A stretch of DNA of 64,000 bases from Eledone cirrhosa (Eukaryota): contig OZ024743.1 in the NCBI GenBank assembly GCA_964016885.1, positions 32,550,001 to 32,614,000 of the forward strand, written 5' to 3'. Below the pieces are notes generated by a model that did no database searches, was not told the DNA's origin, and was given only the letters and a program-made list of their open reading frames with translations. Positions 12,386 through 23,640 of the stretch are shown here, piece by piece. The stretch's first letter is position 1. Each line of letters starts with the position of its first letter. A program made the translations under genes and the position numbers.

Positions 12386-13364
12386 TTATGGTACATCTGA
12401 AACCTAATTTTATTTATAAGGGCTTGGGTCAATGCTAGGCTATGGTAAATACATTGCTCAAGATGCTATGCAATCCATTCAAATCTGGGACCTCATTATT
12501 GAGAAGTGAGCTTCTTAACAATTCAGCCATGCCTGCATCTACTTATGGCACATAGTCTCAGTAGAACAACTATGTTTCTACCAACAATTCTATTGATCCA
12601 GATGTAACAATTGGAGACACACATCAACATAGAGTGGTTAATTGTATGGAGTGCACTATTGAAGTTTAGATAGATTGTATATCATCCACAGACTTGTTTA
12701 TTTATCTATACCTGTAGATTCTGGTGATGACAACAACAAAATCAGGTAGATTTGGTCAGATTACAACAGCTGCTGTTCTTCTGCATTTATCTTTAGTCAT
12801 GTGTATTTTAGTGCAACTGCTACTATGTGTTCATTATGTTTGTGAAAACTGAATTAAATGTCCTTGTGGTTAGCGTGTTGGGCTCATGACCATAAGTTAT
12901 AGGTTTGATTCCCAGACTGGCTGGTGCATTACATCCTTGAGCAAGGCAATTCATTTTTATTTGCTCTTGCTCACTCAGTTGAAAATGAACAGCAGCTAGT
13001 TTGTTAGAATTGTAACAAAATGGCATCTAGTCCAAGAAGAGAATCTTATACTCTCTGCTACTTAATGTCCATAAAACTGGGATAATATTTGGGCTTCATA
13101 TTCTTTGTAAGCATGGGAAAATTAATGTAAAACACATCTGAGTCAATCAAATATTTTAAAGGCCATTTTCCTTGATCCTGTGAGGATCTGCCTTGTAGAC
13201 TCCATGAGAGTTGATAATCTAACTCATTATGGTTTGCTTTTTGAGGCAATATTCTGCAGCCAGATACTCATTCTGTTGCCAACCTTTTAGTTTCCTCTTA
13301 CAACATGCAAGTATATTGTGTACTTATTTTAACAGTGGAACATGCACAATAGTGTACATATTGC

Positions 13365-13620
13365 CACCATGATCATCATATGACTACCTTTCCATACTTG
13401 CATGGGTTGGATAGGTCTTTTCCAGCACAACATCCTGCCACTCATTGCATTTCTTCATTATCTCCTCGGTGAGCTTCAGCAATACAAGATTAACTCTCAC
13501 CATCTTCACCCAGACTTTCCTTGCAGATTTCTTCCACTGGGATTTTTTGGCATTTCTTCACCCTGCACTCATCATTCCTTTGCATCACATGTCCATACCA
13601 CTGCAGTCTTTTCTCTTACA
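13365..13620 (-). mobile_element. Degenerate RTE subfamily C 3' end (short UTR)
   Basis: CATCACATGTCCATACCA encodes WYGHVM on the minus strand. Terminal CCATACTTGCATGGG hairpin. Confidence 0.65.
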
Positions 13621-14252
13621 TCCTGTATCTGATTCCTTTTATATCCAGTTACATCATCAGCAGCTTTTAACATCCGTTTTCCCTACTACAAATACATGCA
13701 CACACAAATACACACACACACCTCAAGTTTGCAAAATATCAATATATACATACATATACATACATGCAATTTTATTATCCTGGCTCAAAATTACAATACA
13801 TTGTAAATAAAATCATGTGTGTGTATGTATGTATGTATGTATGTATGTATATATATACATATATATCCATGTGTACACATATATTTACACATACACAAAT
13901 AGTCATATTTCCAGAATCGTTCCAATCAATACTGATTGGTTTGTTTAACAATGTCTTGTTATTTTTCCCCATTTCCTACCTTTCTAAATTTGTGTACAAG
14001 TATTATCTCTCTCTGTCTCTCCTCCCCTTCTCTCTGTCTCTCCATTGTCTTTTTGTGTGTGTTCACACATTACTCATCAATACTAACGTGGAGTGTCTGT
14101 GCAAAGTTGACATATGATTACTATTGCTGAAAGTGCTTTTACTGCTGGATTTCTTTTCACTTGGAGACTGCACTTGACTGCAACAGACAATCAAGGATAC
14201 ACACACACGTACACGCACACGCGCACACGCATGCGTGCGTGTGTGTGTATAT

Positions 14253-14456
14253 TTTCCTGTTGTGGGCAATGCTAGGTCAGGTGACCAGGTGTTGCACATA
14301 CAGAACTGATTTTGACTTGGCATCTGGCTGTAGAAACCAACCCCAAATCAGTACTGTATGTGCAAGACATGGTCACCTAACCTAGCATTGCCCACAACAG
14401 GAAATCTCGTGTAACCCATGCTAGCATGGAAAAATTGACGTAAAACGGTGATGATA
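14253..14456. mobile_element. RTE 3' tail (+, about 14326-14456) preceded by an inverted 60-bp duplicate of itself
   Basis: Arms 14253-14312 and 14345-14404 are reverse complements with about 4 mismatches. Confidence 0.8.
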
Positions 14457-15146
14457 TATATATATATATATGCCTTGACCACCTACTAATTGTCTGTAAC
14501 AGAGTTTGATATTCTAACCATATACTGTCTAACCATGTGGGGTTTCTCCAAACTGGCACTTAGCTCTCATTTTATGGCATTTACCTTTGTCACTATATTT
14601 CTAATGAAAAACACTGCTTATGATTTTTAAATGGTTTTGAATTTGGAAGTATCTAATAATGTAACTAACTTTTTTAATTATTAAGCATTTGTCTGGAGAT
14701 AAAGATTCTTACATAAAGTTATAATAGGAGGATTTTAGATAGATATAAATATTTTGAAAGAAACGGTTTTGTGTTGTAGAACCAGAGGCAATTTGGTATC
14801 AAGGGTGTTAAATTGATAAGAGATATAACCACCAGGTTAGCACATCAAACTATGACTGTTTGATGTTGTCTTTAGAGTTTAACTCCAAGTTGAACTGAAG
14901 TGACCCACAATCAGAGGGCATGGAAGCCATGATAACTTTGAGTTATTGAATTTACACTGCCTAATGTATTCTTTTCTATTTAAAATGACAGAGTATGATT
15001 TAGCAGCTATTTCTAGTGTGAAGACTCTCTTGTTAACTGATTATTGTGCCAAATGTTTAGGTATCAATTCTTAGCAACTACGTGAACTGAAACAAAGGAG
15101 AATAAAGTGTTCTGCACAAAATAAAATAAAATTCTTGTATCACTAT

Positions 15147-15513
15147 CCAGCCCACACTGTAAAGTGGTCATGTAGGAGTCATGGCAAAAAGCACCCAGCA
15201 CACACTGTAAAGTGGTCATGTAGGAGTCGTGGCAAAAAGCACCCAGCCCACACTGAAAAGTGGTCGTGTAGGAGTCGTGGCAAAAAGCACCCAGCCCACA
15301 CTGAAAAGTGGTCGTGTAGGAGTCATGGCAAAAAGCACCCAGCACACACTGTAAATGTGGTTAGCATTAGGAAGGGCCTCCAGCTGTAGAAACCTAGCCA
15401 GAACAGTCGTATATGAGTAAGACAAGGTCACCTGACCCAAGTTACATCAAATGCGATGATCTGTCTAAACCAGGCTAGCGTGGAAAATAGATGTTCAATG
15501 ATGACGATGATGA
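15147..15513 (+). mobile_element. RTE 3' UTR fragment with an expanded 48-bp tandem array (4 full units plus the terminal variant unit)
   Basis: Unit CCAGCCCACACTGTAAAGTGGTCGTGTAGGAGTCGTGGCAAAAAGCAC starts at 15147, 15195, 15243, 15291 and 15339. Followed by the GGAAGGGC.TCCAGCTGTAGAAA motif and a (TGA)n tail. Confidence 0.9.
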
Positions 15514-17261
15514 TCATCATCATATGATCTACTGTATATAGCCCATAATCTTGAGTCTATAGCATGGCAGCTTGGGCTAGTATTTTCTACCATAATGTTG
15601 GACAGACTAATGCCTTATAAGTGAAATCTGATGTGAGTGAAATTGTACAGATACTCATTATATAAAATTCTGTATATGATGTTGGTGTTTGTCTATACAT
15701 ATTTTCATGTTAACATCACAAACAACTCTCGCCATATATTTATTCCCTACAAAATCAATGTGTGCCATGGTTTAGCAGATGATCAGTGGAATAAATACCA
15801 TTCTTAAAAATAAGTAAGGGATAGAATCAGGAAGAACATCAAGCTATAGAATACTACCTCAAACGTTTTTGTGTAGCCCACACCAACATAAAAAGGATGA
15901 GGACAACGATGATGATGATATTATTTCATAATAAAAAATATATACTATTAGTTACCCATAGGCCTTCCATCAAAATCTATCTATGAAACTAAACTTCATT
16001 TTATCTTTTAAAACAGATATGTATCCTTGCAAAATAAACATAAAATAAAAGTTGATATAACAATGTTTTTAATGGTTACAATGATGTTTTAACCATTTTG
16101 ATACAAAACCAGCTAAAACCACCCCAGGTTCTAAAATACAAAGCTGTATATTTTGAAATGTTTATATTTATCTAAAAACAAATCTTCTATCTTACGTCTG
16201 TGTAGGTGCTTTTGTTAAGTTATTGAGACACCAGAGAAATAATGAGAAAGTTAGTTATATTACTAAATCTCTCCGAATTTCTGATTATTTTCAAAATGAT
16301 TTGAAAATCATAGGCAGTCATTCATTAGAAATATTGTAAAGCAAGAGTTATTCAAAAGACATGAAGCCAGCTAAAATTATCTGCTTCTTCAAGAATAGAT
16401 ATATGTAATTTACCAATGAAATGCCTCAGTTTAGAAGGTGTTACATTTCAGGGTTGGATGGATCAGGTAATTATAAACAACTACATCTCTACTGAGAATA
16501 TGTGATTCACTGGTTCAATAGAGTATTCAATAAGTCAATGGTGAGAGGTTAAGAAGTTCACTTTTCTATTGTGTGATCTTGGTTTCAATCTCTGTCAATG
16601 CTGAAAGTTCAGTGCTTTGTATTCTGCTACCAGTTCTGCATGGTTGATTGGTTAAGAAGTTTACTTCACATCCAGGAGGTCCCAGGTTTGTTCCTACTAT
16701 GTGACATCTTGGACATAGCCACAGGTCAACCCAAGCCTAGTGTGTGAAATTGTGTAGGGAGAAACTGTGCCAGTTAGATAAATTATACCTGTAATTCAAA
16801 GGTCTAGCCTTATCACAGATTAAGTAATGTTAATTTGATTTGAGAATTATGTTAAGGGTATATGTATCCATGGAATACTTAACCACTTGCATATTAACTC
16901 ACCAGTTGAATGTTCTGTTAATTGAACAACTGAATGTTCATTGTAAAAATCAGTGAAGGATCTATCATCACGAGTTGTCCATAGCTAAGAAACATAACTT
17001 TAAATTATTCAGGTTCAATCTACTAACAGTAACAAGAAACCTTTTAAAACTGATGAATGCTTTATTGACGGCAGAACTGAATCCAATTCTCTTTCAATGA
17101 AAGGATATTTTATTAATGCAATATACTTTATTTACATAAATATTTTGTATTATAAACAAGAAGCAAAAGAAAAATAATTAGTGAAAATATAGGCAAAGGA
17201 GTGGCATACTGTAATCCACTGTCTAGGTGGTATATTTCAATTGCTCTTTGTGAACAAGAAG

Positions 17262-17560
17262 TCAAAATCATTGCTGGGGTGAATAGCCAGCAACACCCAC
17301 TGCATCAGCTCCTCCATATCACATGACTCCTTCCTCAGACAGGATGAACTCTTTCTAATTTTGTAAAGGAAAATGGCTGTTCAGTGATTGAGCACACCAC
17401 AGGTCTCAACAGCAACCAGGCAGTCGGTCAAGTCCCAGAATTCAGATATCTTCTGCTCCTCTGTTACAGGTGGCAGTGCTTATATTTTGGTTGAAGTAAC
17501 AAGGTTGGAAGTGAAGAACTGTGATATTTCGGCATCCTGCACAGTGAGATATTTTTCTCT
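17262..17560 (-). pseudogene. Degenerate restriction-like endonuclease C-terminus of a CRE-clade retrotransposon
   Basis: Minus frame reads KYLTVQDA...SNLVTS...EEQKISEFWDLTDCLVAVETCGVLNH*TAIFLYKIRK...LMQWVLLAIHPSN, with two stops. Compare the recalled CRE pattern WDAT...AE..K..KY..L...PVAVET.G......FL...QR.SLA..RGN. Confidence 0.6.
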
Positions 17561-18039
17561 CAACATCAGAAAACCTATGAAAAAAAGGGTCAGGATATCT
17601 ATCTAACTGTATCAAAGACATGATAGCCTCCCTAGTTTGGGTGATTTACATGATAAATGCACCCAGTGAAGTGGTTGATGATAAGAAAGGCATCCAGCCA
17701 TAGAAAAGCTGTCAAACAAAGGATCAGGGAGGCTTTTGAGTTGTTTCAAAGACATGACAACCTCCTAGTGCTGATATCACAATAAAATACACTCCGCAGA
17801 TCACCCTATTGTATGTGAGTGAGTTGCTTTTTGCCAGCTCAGTTGAGTACTTGGACTGTGGGAATATATGTAAATGAGATATGGACTCCTGGCTTATCCA
17901 TGGGGTTAGTACCAGTCCAGTCTGTTGACAATCTGTCTAACCCTTACTAGCAGAGAAAGCAGCCGTTAAACAATGATGATGTTAATGATGAGTACTTGAT
18001 ATCAATAGAAACTGAGAAGCTGTCAAATTCCATGACAAT

Positions 18040-18600
18040 AACACCACCATGAGTCTTCTCTTATCTCCCCTCTACTACTATTATCACCACCATTGGCAGC
18101 ATTACCACTATTGCCACTGACACTACTACTACCTGCAGCTCCATCCTCATTACTACTACCACCATTAGCTCTGCCACTAACTGCTGCTACACCCAATACA
18201 TCGAAGTCACCATCATAAGCTCCAATCCACTAGCTCTGCCAACATTACCACCATCAGGACAAATGCTATTACTTCTACCACTACCACATTCATTACTTCC
18301 ATATAATGACAAGCAACACCAACAATGCCACCATTACTTCTATCAATATTAAATCTAACACCTATATATTATCAACAATAACATCATCACCCACTACCAC
18401 TATCACCACTCCCATGTTCATTACTCCCCCTCTTTGAAGTAATCATTACCATCACCACCACCACCTACAACAACGATAACAACAAACAATATTATCAACA
18501 AAACCCCCTCCTTCTGGGCAACAAATACCACCACTACCACTATCATTGTTAGCATACTACTGTTACTACTACCCACCACCACCATCATCATTATCTATAT
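18040..18600. repeat. Degenerate (ACC/ACT/ATC)n low-complexity tract
   Basis: Continuous imperfect trinucleotide repeats. Similar tracts at 20880-21010 and 46550-46830. Confidence 0.8.
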
Positions 18601-18981
18601 TACATCAATGACCAGACCAGACCCCTACATCACATGAACATCACTCCCAACATACCCAGATGATTACTATCTCCATCCTTATTGATAAAGCCATGTCGGC
18701 ACACTTTAAAGTATCCAGTTGGCTGGTTGGTTGGTTGGTTGATTGATGTATGTGTGCACATATAGTTGCATAAAATCTGCATGGCTGCACCAGCCTGCAT
18801 CAAACTGCAGTACACATGGATAGTGAGCTATGTATCAGTAACAGTGAGAATTAGAGAATATGCCTTGCATCAGAATGTACTTTAAGTCTTAACAGCCTGC
18901 AATGATATAGCAGAAAATATTTAACTAATAAAATTTAGTACTATATTTCAAGTATATTATTTATACATATATATATATATA

Positions 18982-19500
18982 TCATTATCATCATTTTTAC
19001 ATCCATTTTTCCACGCTTGTCTAGGTTGGATGGGTCCTTTTTAGCACAGCATCTCTCCACTCACTGCGTTTCCTTGTCATCTCCTTTGTGAGTCTCAGCA
19101 ATTTGAAATTGGTTCTCATCATCTCTGCCCAGGTATTCCTTGGTCTACCTCCACTGCAGCTTCATTCCATTGGGATTTACCAACACTACTTCATCCAGCG
19201 ATCGTCATCCATGCACATATGTCTGTACCAATGAAGTCTTCTCTCTTGCACACCACCTCAGATTCCTCTTAAACCCAGTTTCTCCCTCAGTTCATCCAAG
19301 CTCTGCCTTTCGTTCACATTTACATTGCACATCCAACGAAGCATGGCTGCTTCATTTCTCTCTAGCCTATGCATGTCCTCTGCAGCCACTGATCATGTTT
19401 CACTACCATGTAGCATTGCACTTATCACAGGGGCATCATACAATCATTCTTTTGTATGTAGGGAGAAACCATTTGTTGTTTTCCATCCTATCCTTATTAA
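18982..19500 (-). mobile_element. RTE subfamily C, 5'-truncated and degenerate
   Basis: Encodes AMLHGSET...RLERNEAAMLRWMCN and VQERRLHWY. Very short 3' UTR lacking the 48-nt array, (CAT)n tail, abuts (TA)n. Confidence 0.8.
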
Positions 19501-19524
19501 ATTAAAATTTAGCTCCAACATAGC

Positions 19525-19633
19525 TGTATACATACGAGCAAGGCACAGTCACCCAACCAATCTGGCCTCAAGTGGGACAAACCCGTCCAACCCATGCTAG
19601 TGTGGAAGATGAACGTTAAACGATGATGATGAT
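19525..19633 (+). mobile_element. RTE subfamily B-type 3' tail (similar copy at 28795-28908)
   Basis: GCCTCAAGTGGGAC...CCCATGCTAGTGTGGAAGATGAACGTTAAACGATGATGAT. Confidence 0.75.
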
Positions 19634-19640
19634 CATCATA

Positions 19641-20062
19641 CTGTTATTTTTAATAAATAAACATTTGGAAAGCCTAGCTATGAATATTGAAAGGCTGAGA
19701 AATAGCACCATCTAGCAGATTCCAGCAGAAGCAGAAAGAGCAACTGTTTCTGTGCATTTCAAGCTCTGGTTATCATGTCAGAGCTAAATTTTAATTCTAC
19801 TTTCAAGTTTAGCCAACTTACACAGCTCCATATGCAAATGAGGCTAATCAGCCCATCTACGCAGGTGAAAAAATTATATATTTTCACCTGTTTCAAGTTT
19901 TAGCAGAGTGTAGGGGAAGCACTGTTCTGATGTTAGCCACAGCTTGCATATAGACAGTTGTCCCCCCTGCTGCTTCAGTTGAAACCTGCTATACTGTGCT
20001 AGCCATCATCCTTTCAATATTCATAGCTAGGCTTTCCAAATGTTTATTTATTAAAAATACTG
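19641..20062. mobile_element. Fold-back MITE with long TIRs, TA-flanked
   Basis: TATTTTTAATAAATAAACATTTGGAAAGCCTAGCTATGAATATTGAAAGG is present as a perfect inverted pair at the two ends. Imperfect symmetry continues inward, and there is an internal CAGGTGAAAA...TTTTCACCTG hairpin. Confidence 0.8.
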
Positions 20063-20136
20063 TATATCTTTAGATATACAAAATTCACATACAGCTATCT
20101 CAGAGGTAAATTATTTTAATATACATATATATATAT

Positions 20137-20473
20137 GGAGGCACATGGCTTAGTGGTTAGAGCATTGGCCTTGCAATCGAAAGGTTGTGAGTTCAATTCT
20201 CAGACCGGGTGATGTGTTGTTTCCTTGAGCAAGACACTTTATTTCACATTGCTCCAGTTTACTCAGCTGTAGAAATGAGATGATAGGGACTGGGGTCCAT
20301 ATCATTCCACTGCAAAGTGGTCGTGGAGGTGCCACGACAAAAAAAAAAAGCACCCACCACTCACTGTAAATGAGGTTGGTGTTAGGAAGGGCATCCAGCT
20401 GTAGAAATCAAGCCAGAATCAGTTCCCGTCCCACCCTTGCAAGCATGGAAAAGTGGACGTAAAATGAAATGAA
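20137..20473 (+). mobile_element. SINE family 2: tRNA-derived head, core, RTE-A 3' UTR tail
   Basis: A box TGGCTTAGTGG, B box GAGTTCAATTC, core CCTTGAGCAAGACACTTTATTTCACATTGCTCCAG, then sequence matching the RTE-A UTR (compare 57776-57935). Embedded in (TA)n. Confidence 0.9.
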
Positions 20474-21440
20474 TATATATATATATATATATATACACTC
20501 ACTCACTCACTCACTCACACATCTATTTATCTTATTATATATACATTTATCTATGTCCCCTTCTCTCCACGTACATACATATGTACACACACACACACAA
20601 CATTTGTAGTTTATTTATCATTACTCCTCTCATAAAAAATTTAAAATATAAAGCCATCTTATAAAGATAATTATTTGTTTCATTTAAACCCAGTTGTTTA
20701 ATCTGATTGCTATTGCATGTTTGATTGCTACCATCTTGATCTGTTTTTCTATTATTTAATAGTGTTTATTTATTACAGTTGAATCCCACATAGCTGAGAA
20801 ATTCAACCAATCATTTAATAGAGTATACAAAAAAAAAAAAAAAAAAGAAACACACACACTGTTTCATTTTAGATATACTAAGGTAATAGTGGTGATGGTA
20901 GTGGTTGTGGTGGTGGTTTTAGGAGTAGTAATAGTATTAGTTGTTGTTGTTGTGATTCTAGCAGTAGTAGTTGTTGTGGTAGTAGTAATGGCAGCAATGG
21001 AAGTAATGATTTATCATAAGTTCAGTCAGCCCTGATTGAACAGAACTAAGATCAAGGATTTGCTAAACTTATGATTATCCCATTTTATATATATATATAT
21101 ATATTGAAGTTTGCTTGCTATTTGTATCGTTTCTTTTGTTTTTGTTTTTTTGTTTTTTTACTCGGTTTACCTGATAGTTTGAAGATGTGCTGTTCTATAG
21201 CTCTTTTTGAGGTATCCTAAATTAGATATGATAAAAGGTGCTTTGTAGGGTTAAAGGTCATTTTTAAAAGATTGTTACCCTCAAGTTGTTGGAATATGAT
21301 CCTAGCAAAGAGAGAGTTTCAGAAAAATACCATTCATCAACCATAATAAAAGTCCACGTGTGTTTGTATATTTATATCATCATCATCGTTGTTTAACATC
21401 CATTTTCCACGCTAGCACATATATATATGTCTGCAACGCT

Positions 21441-23342
21441 ATCATCATCATCATCATCATCAACGTTTAACGTCCGTGTTCCACGCTTGCATGGGTTTGG
21501 ACGGGGGTAGTCCCACTTGAGGCAAGAGTGATTGTCTTGCTCGCATAGGACTGTCTGGCAGGTTTTCTACAGTTGGATGCCCTTCCTAACACCAACCACA
21601 TTTACAGTGTGGGTCTGGGAGGTTTTTACCGTGTTGCCTACACGGCCACATTACAGCGTGGACTGTGTGTTTTTTTGTCGTGACACCTACACGATCTCAT
21701 TTGTTTCGGTCTGGATGGCGCGGCACCAACATAACTTTACATAGAACGGGGTGGTGTGGTGGGGGAGGTGGTGGTGGGACGGGGTGTATTTTGTTAGAGA
21801 TGCCTACTGGCTGGAGTAGGTTTTACTATATATTTAGGTAAGGCGGGTCTTCTCTGTTACTGAGTACCGCCAAAGGTCTCGGTCCAGTGACATTGTCTTG
21901 GAGAGGTGTAAGTGTGTGATGTCGGAGTTTATCAGCTCGTCCCAGGTTTTTCTAGGTCTGCCTATTCCGTGACTACCGTCTATCTTTATTGCCCTGCACT
22001 TTGTTATACAGCTATCGACTTTCATGCGCATCACGTGTCCATACCAACGTAGCCTTCTCTCGAGTAAACAACATCTGATCCCTCTTATCTCTAATTTTTT
22101 CCTTAGTTCGTTTATGCTTTGCCGTTCACGTATATTACTGTTACACATCCAGCGGAGCATGCAAGCTTCGTTCCTCTCTAGTCTGCGTATATCCTCTGCA
22201 CACAATGCCCAGGTCTCGCTGCCATGCAGCATTGCTGTTCGTATGCAGGCATCGTACAACCTGCCTTTCATTTTTAGGGAGAACCCTTTAGCAGCTAATA
22301 GTGGTATAAGCTCTCTGAACTTTTTCCAACCAGTTCTGACTCTAGCTACAGTACTTTCAGAGCACCCTCCCCCACTGCTGATTTTATCGCCCAGGTAACG
22401 GAAGCTGTCCACTATTTCTATAGAACCCTCTGCGCAATTGAAAGAGCTAGTATTTTGTGGGCACTTGCTGCTACTTATTGCACCAGAACACCGGCCACAT
22501 GTAAAATCTATGTTCTTAGTTAGCTTACCTGTGATCCCACTACATCTTTTATGCACCCATACTTTGCATTTAGGACATAAAATGCAGTTTCTACCTACGC
22601 CTTTCCTACACACCGAGCACGACCATTTCCCAGAAGGGACCGCCGCCTTGTTTTCTTTCCTACAAACTAGAACTTTGGTCTTAGCCAGGTTAATTTTAAG
22701 TCCTTTTGACTCTAGGCCGTGCTTCCATGTTTGGAATTTCTTCTCTAGCTCGGCCATTGATTCCGCTATGAGTGTCAGGTCATCTGCGTATAGGAGTTCC
22801 CATGGGCAGCCTGTCTTGAACTCCTCTGTTATAGCCTGAAGGGCAATAATAAATAGTAGGGGGCTGAGAACAGAGCCCTGATGGACGCCAACTTTTACGC
22901 TAAACTCTTCACTATATTCGTTGTTAATTCTAACCTTGCTGACTGTTTCTTTATACATGGCTTGTATAGCCCTCACAAGCCATTCGTCAACGCCTAGTTT
23001 TCTAAGAGCCCACCAGATAATGGAGCGGGGGACTCTGTCGAAGGCTTTCTCCAAGTCGACAAAAGCTAAGTAGAGGGGTTTACCTTTAGCTAGGTACTTC
23101 TCCTGTAGTTGTTGTACTATGAAAAGAGCGTCTGTGGTACTTTTGCCTGACACAAACCCGAACTGCATTTCATCTAGGTCAATTCTCTCTCTGATTAGTT
23201 GAGCTATTACTTTTTCCGTGACCTTCATGACCTGGTCGATTAATTTAATGCCTCTATAGTTACTCCTATCTAGGGCGTCTCCTTTACCCTTATAACAGTT
23301 AACGATGATGCTGCTATGCCAGTCCTTCGGAACAACCCCATT
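21441..23342 (-). mobile_element. RTE-clade LINE subfamily B, 5'-truncated, young
   Basis: (CAT)n tail, 3' UTR with diverged 48-nt units and an open RT ORF. 19-bp TSD ATATATATATGTCTGCAAC at 21419-21437 and 23349-23367. Confidence 0.95.
21834..23342 (-). CDS. RTE reverse transcriptase (truncated ORF) with an internal PHD-type zinc finger
   Basis: NYRGIKL, QFGF, FVDLEKAFD, GVHQGSVLSP, LLYADD, C4HC3 finger (22488-22619), FRYLG, RRLRWYGHV, GRPRKTW. The first 36 aa of the listed ORF come from flanking DNA. Confidence 0.92.
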   Translation of the reverse strand, partial: NGVVPKDWHSSIIVNCYKGKGDALDRSNYRGIKLIDQVMKVTEKVIAQLIRERIDLDEMQFGFVSGKSTTDALFIVQQLQEKYLAKGKPLYLAFVDLEKAFDRVPRSIIWWALRKLGVDEWLVRAIQAMYKETVSKVRINNEYSEEFSVKVGVHQGSVLSPLLFIIALQAITEEFKTGCPWELLYADDLTLIAESMAELEKKFQTWKHGLESKGLKINLAKTKVLVCRKENKAAVPSGKWSCSVCRKGVGRNCILCPKCKVWVHKRCSGITGKLTKNIDFTCGRCSGAISSSKCPQNTSSFNCAEGSIEIVDSFRYLGDKISSGGGCSESTVARVRTGWKKFRELIPLLAAKGFSLKMKGRLYDACIRTAMLHGSETWALCAEDIRRLERNEACMLRWMCNSNIRERQSINELRKKLEIRGIRCCLLERRLRWYGHVMRMKVDSCITKCRAIKIDGSHGIGRPRKTWDELINSDITHLHLSKTMSLDRDLWRYSVTEKTRLT

Positions 23343-23534
23343 ATATATATATATATATGTCTGCAACTCTCTAGAATTTTCATACATAAACATATACACA
23401 CATACACACAATACATTTCTTATCTTAGTTATGTTGCTACAATAAGTCACTTTCCAATTGCAAAGATCTGGGTTCTAACTCTACATTTGTGCCTGTAAAT
23501 AGATTTTTTGCTTGAAAGTTATTCATATATTATT

Positions 23535-23596
23535 CTATGTACTATACATGCACCTTTGATAAGTTGTAGTGCACCTGAGCACTGTACACAATAATT

Positions 23597-23639
<43 letters not shown>
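23535..23639 (+). mobile_element. CR1-type LINE extreme 3' end
   Basis: AGTTGTAGTGCACCTGAGCACTGTACACAATA plus (ATT)n, same as the end of the CR1 relic at 36414-36468. Confidence 0.8.

Positions 23640-23640
<1 letters not shown>

Noticed and set aside
13402-14559. Cluster of short overlapping ORFs
   Set aside because: They derive from RTE tails and TA/CA/TATG microsatellites.
15147-15356. 48-bp array as a CRISPR array or a repeat-protein gene
   Set aside because: Units are contiguous with no unique spacers, there are no cas genes, and the unit is part of the RTE 3' UTR. The 16-aa repeat ORFs only reflect the 48-nt period.
18040-18600. Mucin-like Thr-rich coding exon (also 46351-46753)
   Set aside because: Degenerate trinucleotide repeat with no long open frame or splice context.
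20137-20210. tRNA gene (also 24353, 29759, 63160-63228 and the SINE1 heads)
   Set aside because: A and B boxes are present but there is no proper acceptor stem, and each continues into a SINE body and tail.
23343-23450. N-terminal extension making the RTE-B ORF a 538-aa fusion or domesticated gene
   Set aside because: The extra 36 codons are the TSD, (TA)n and flank, in frame by chance.
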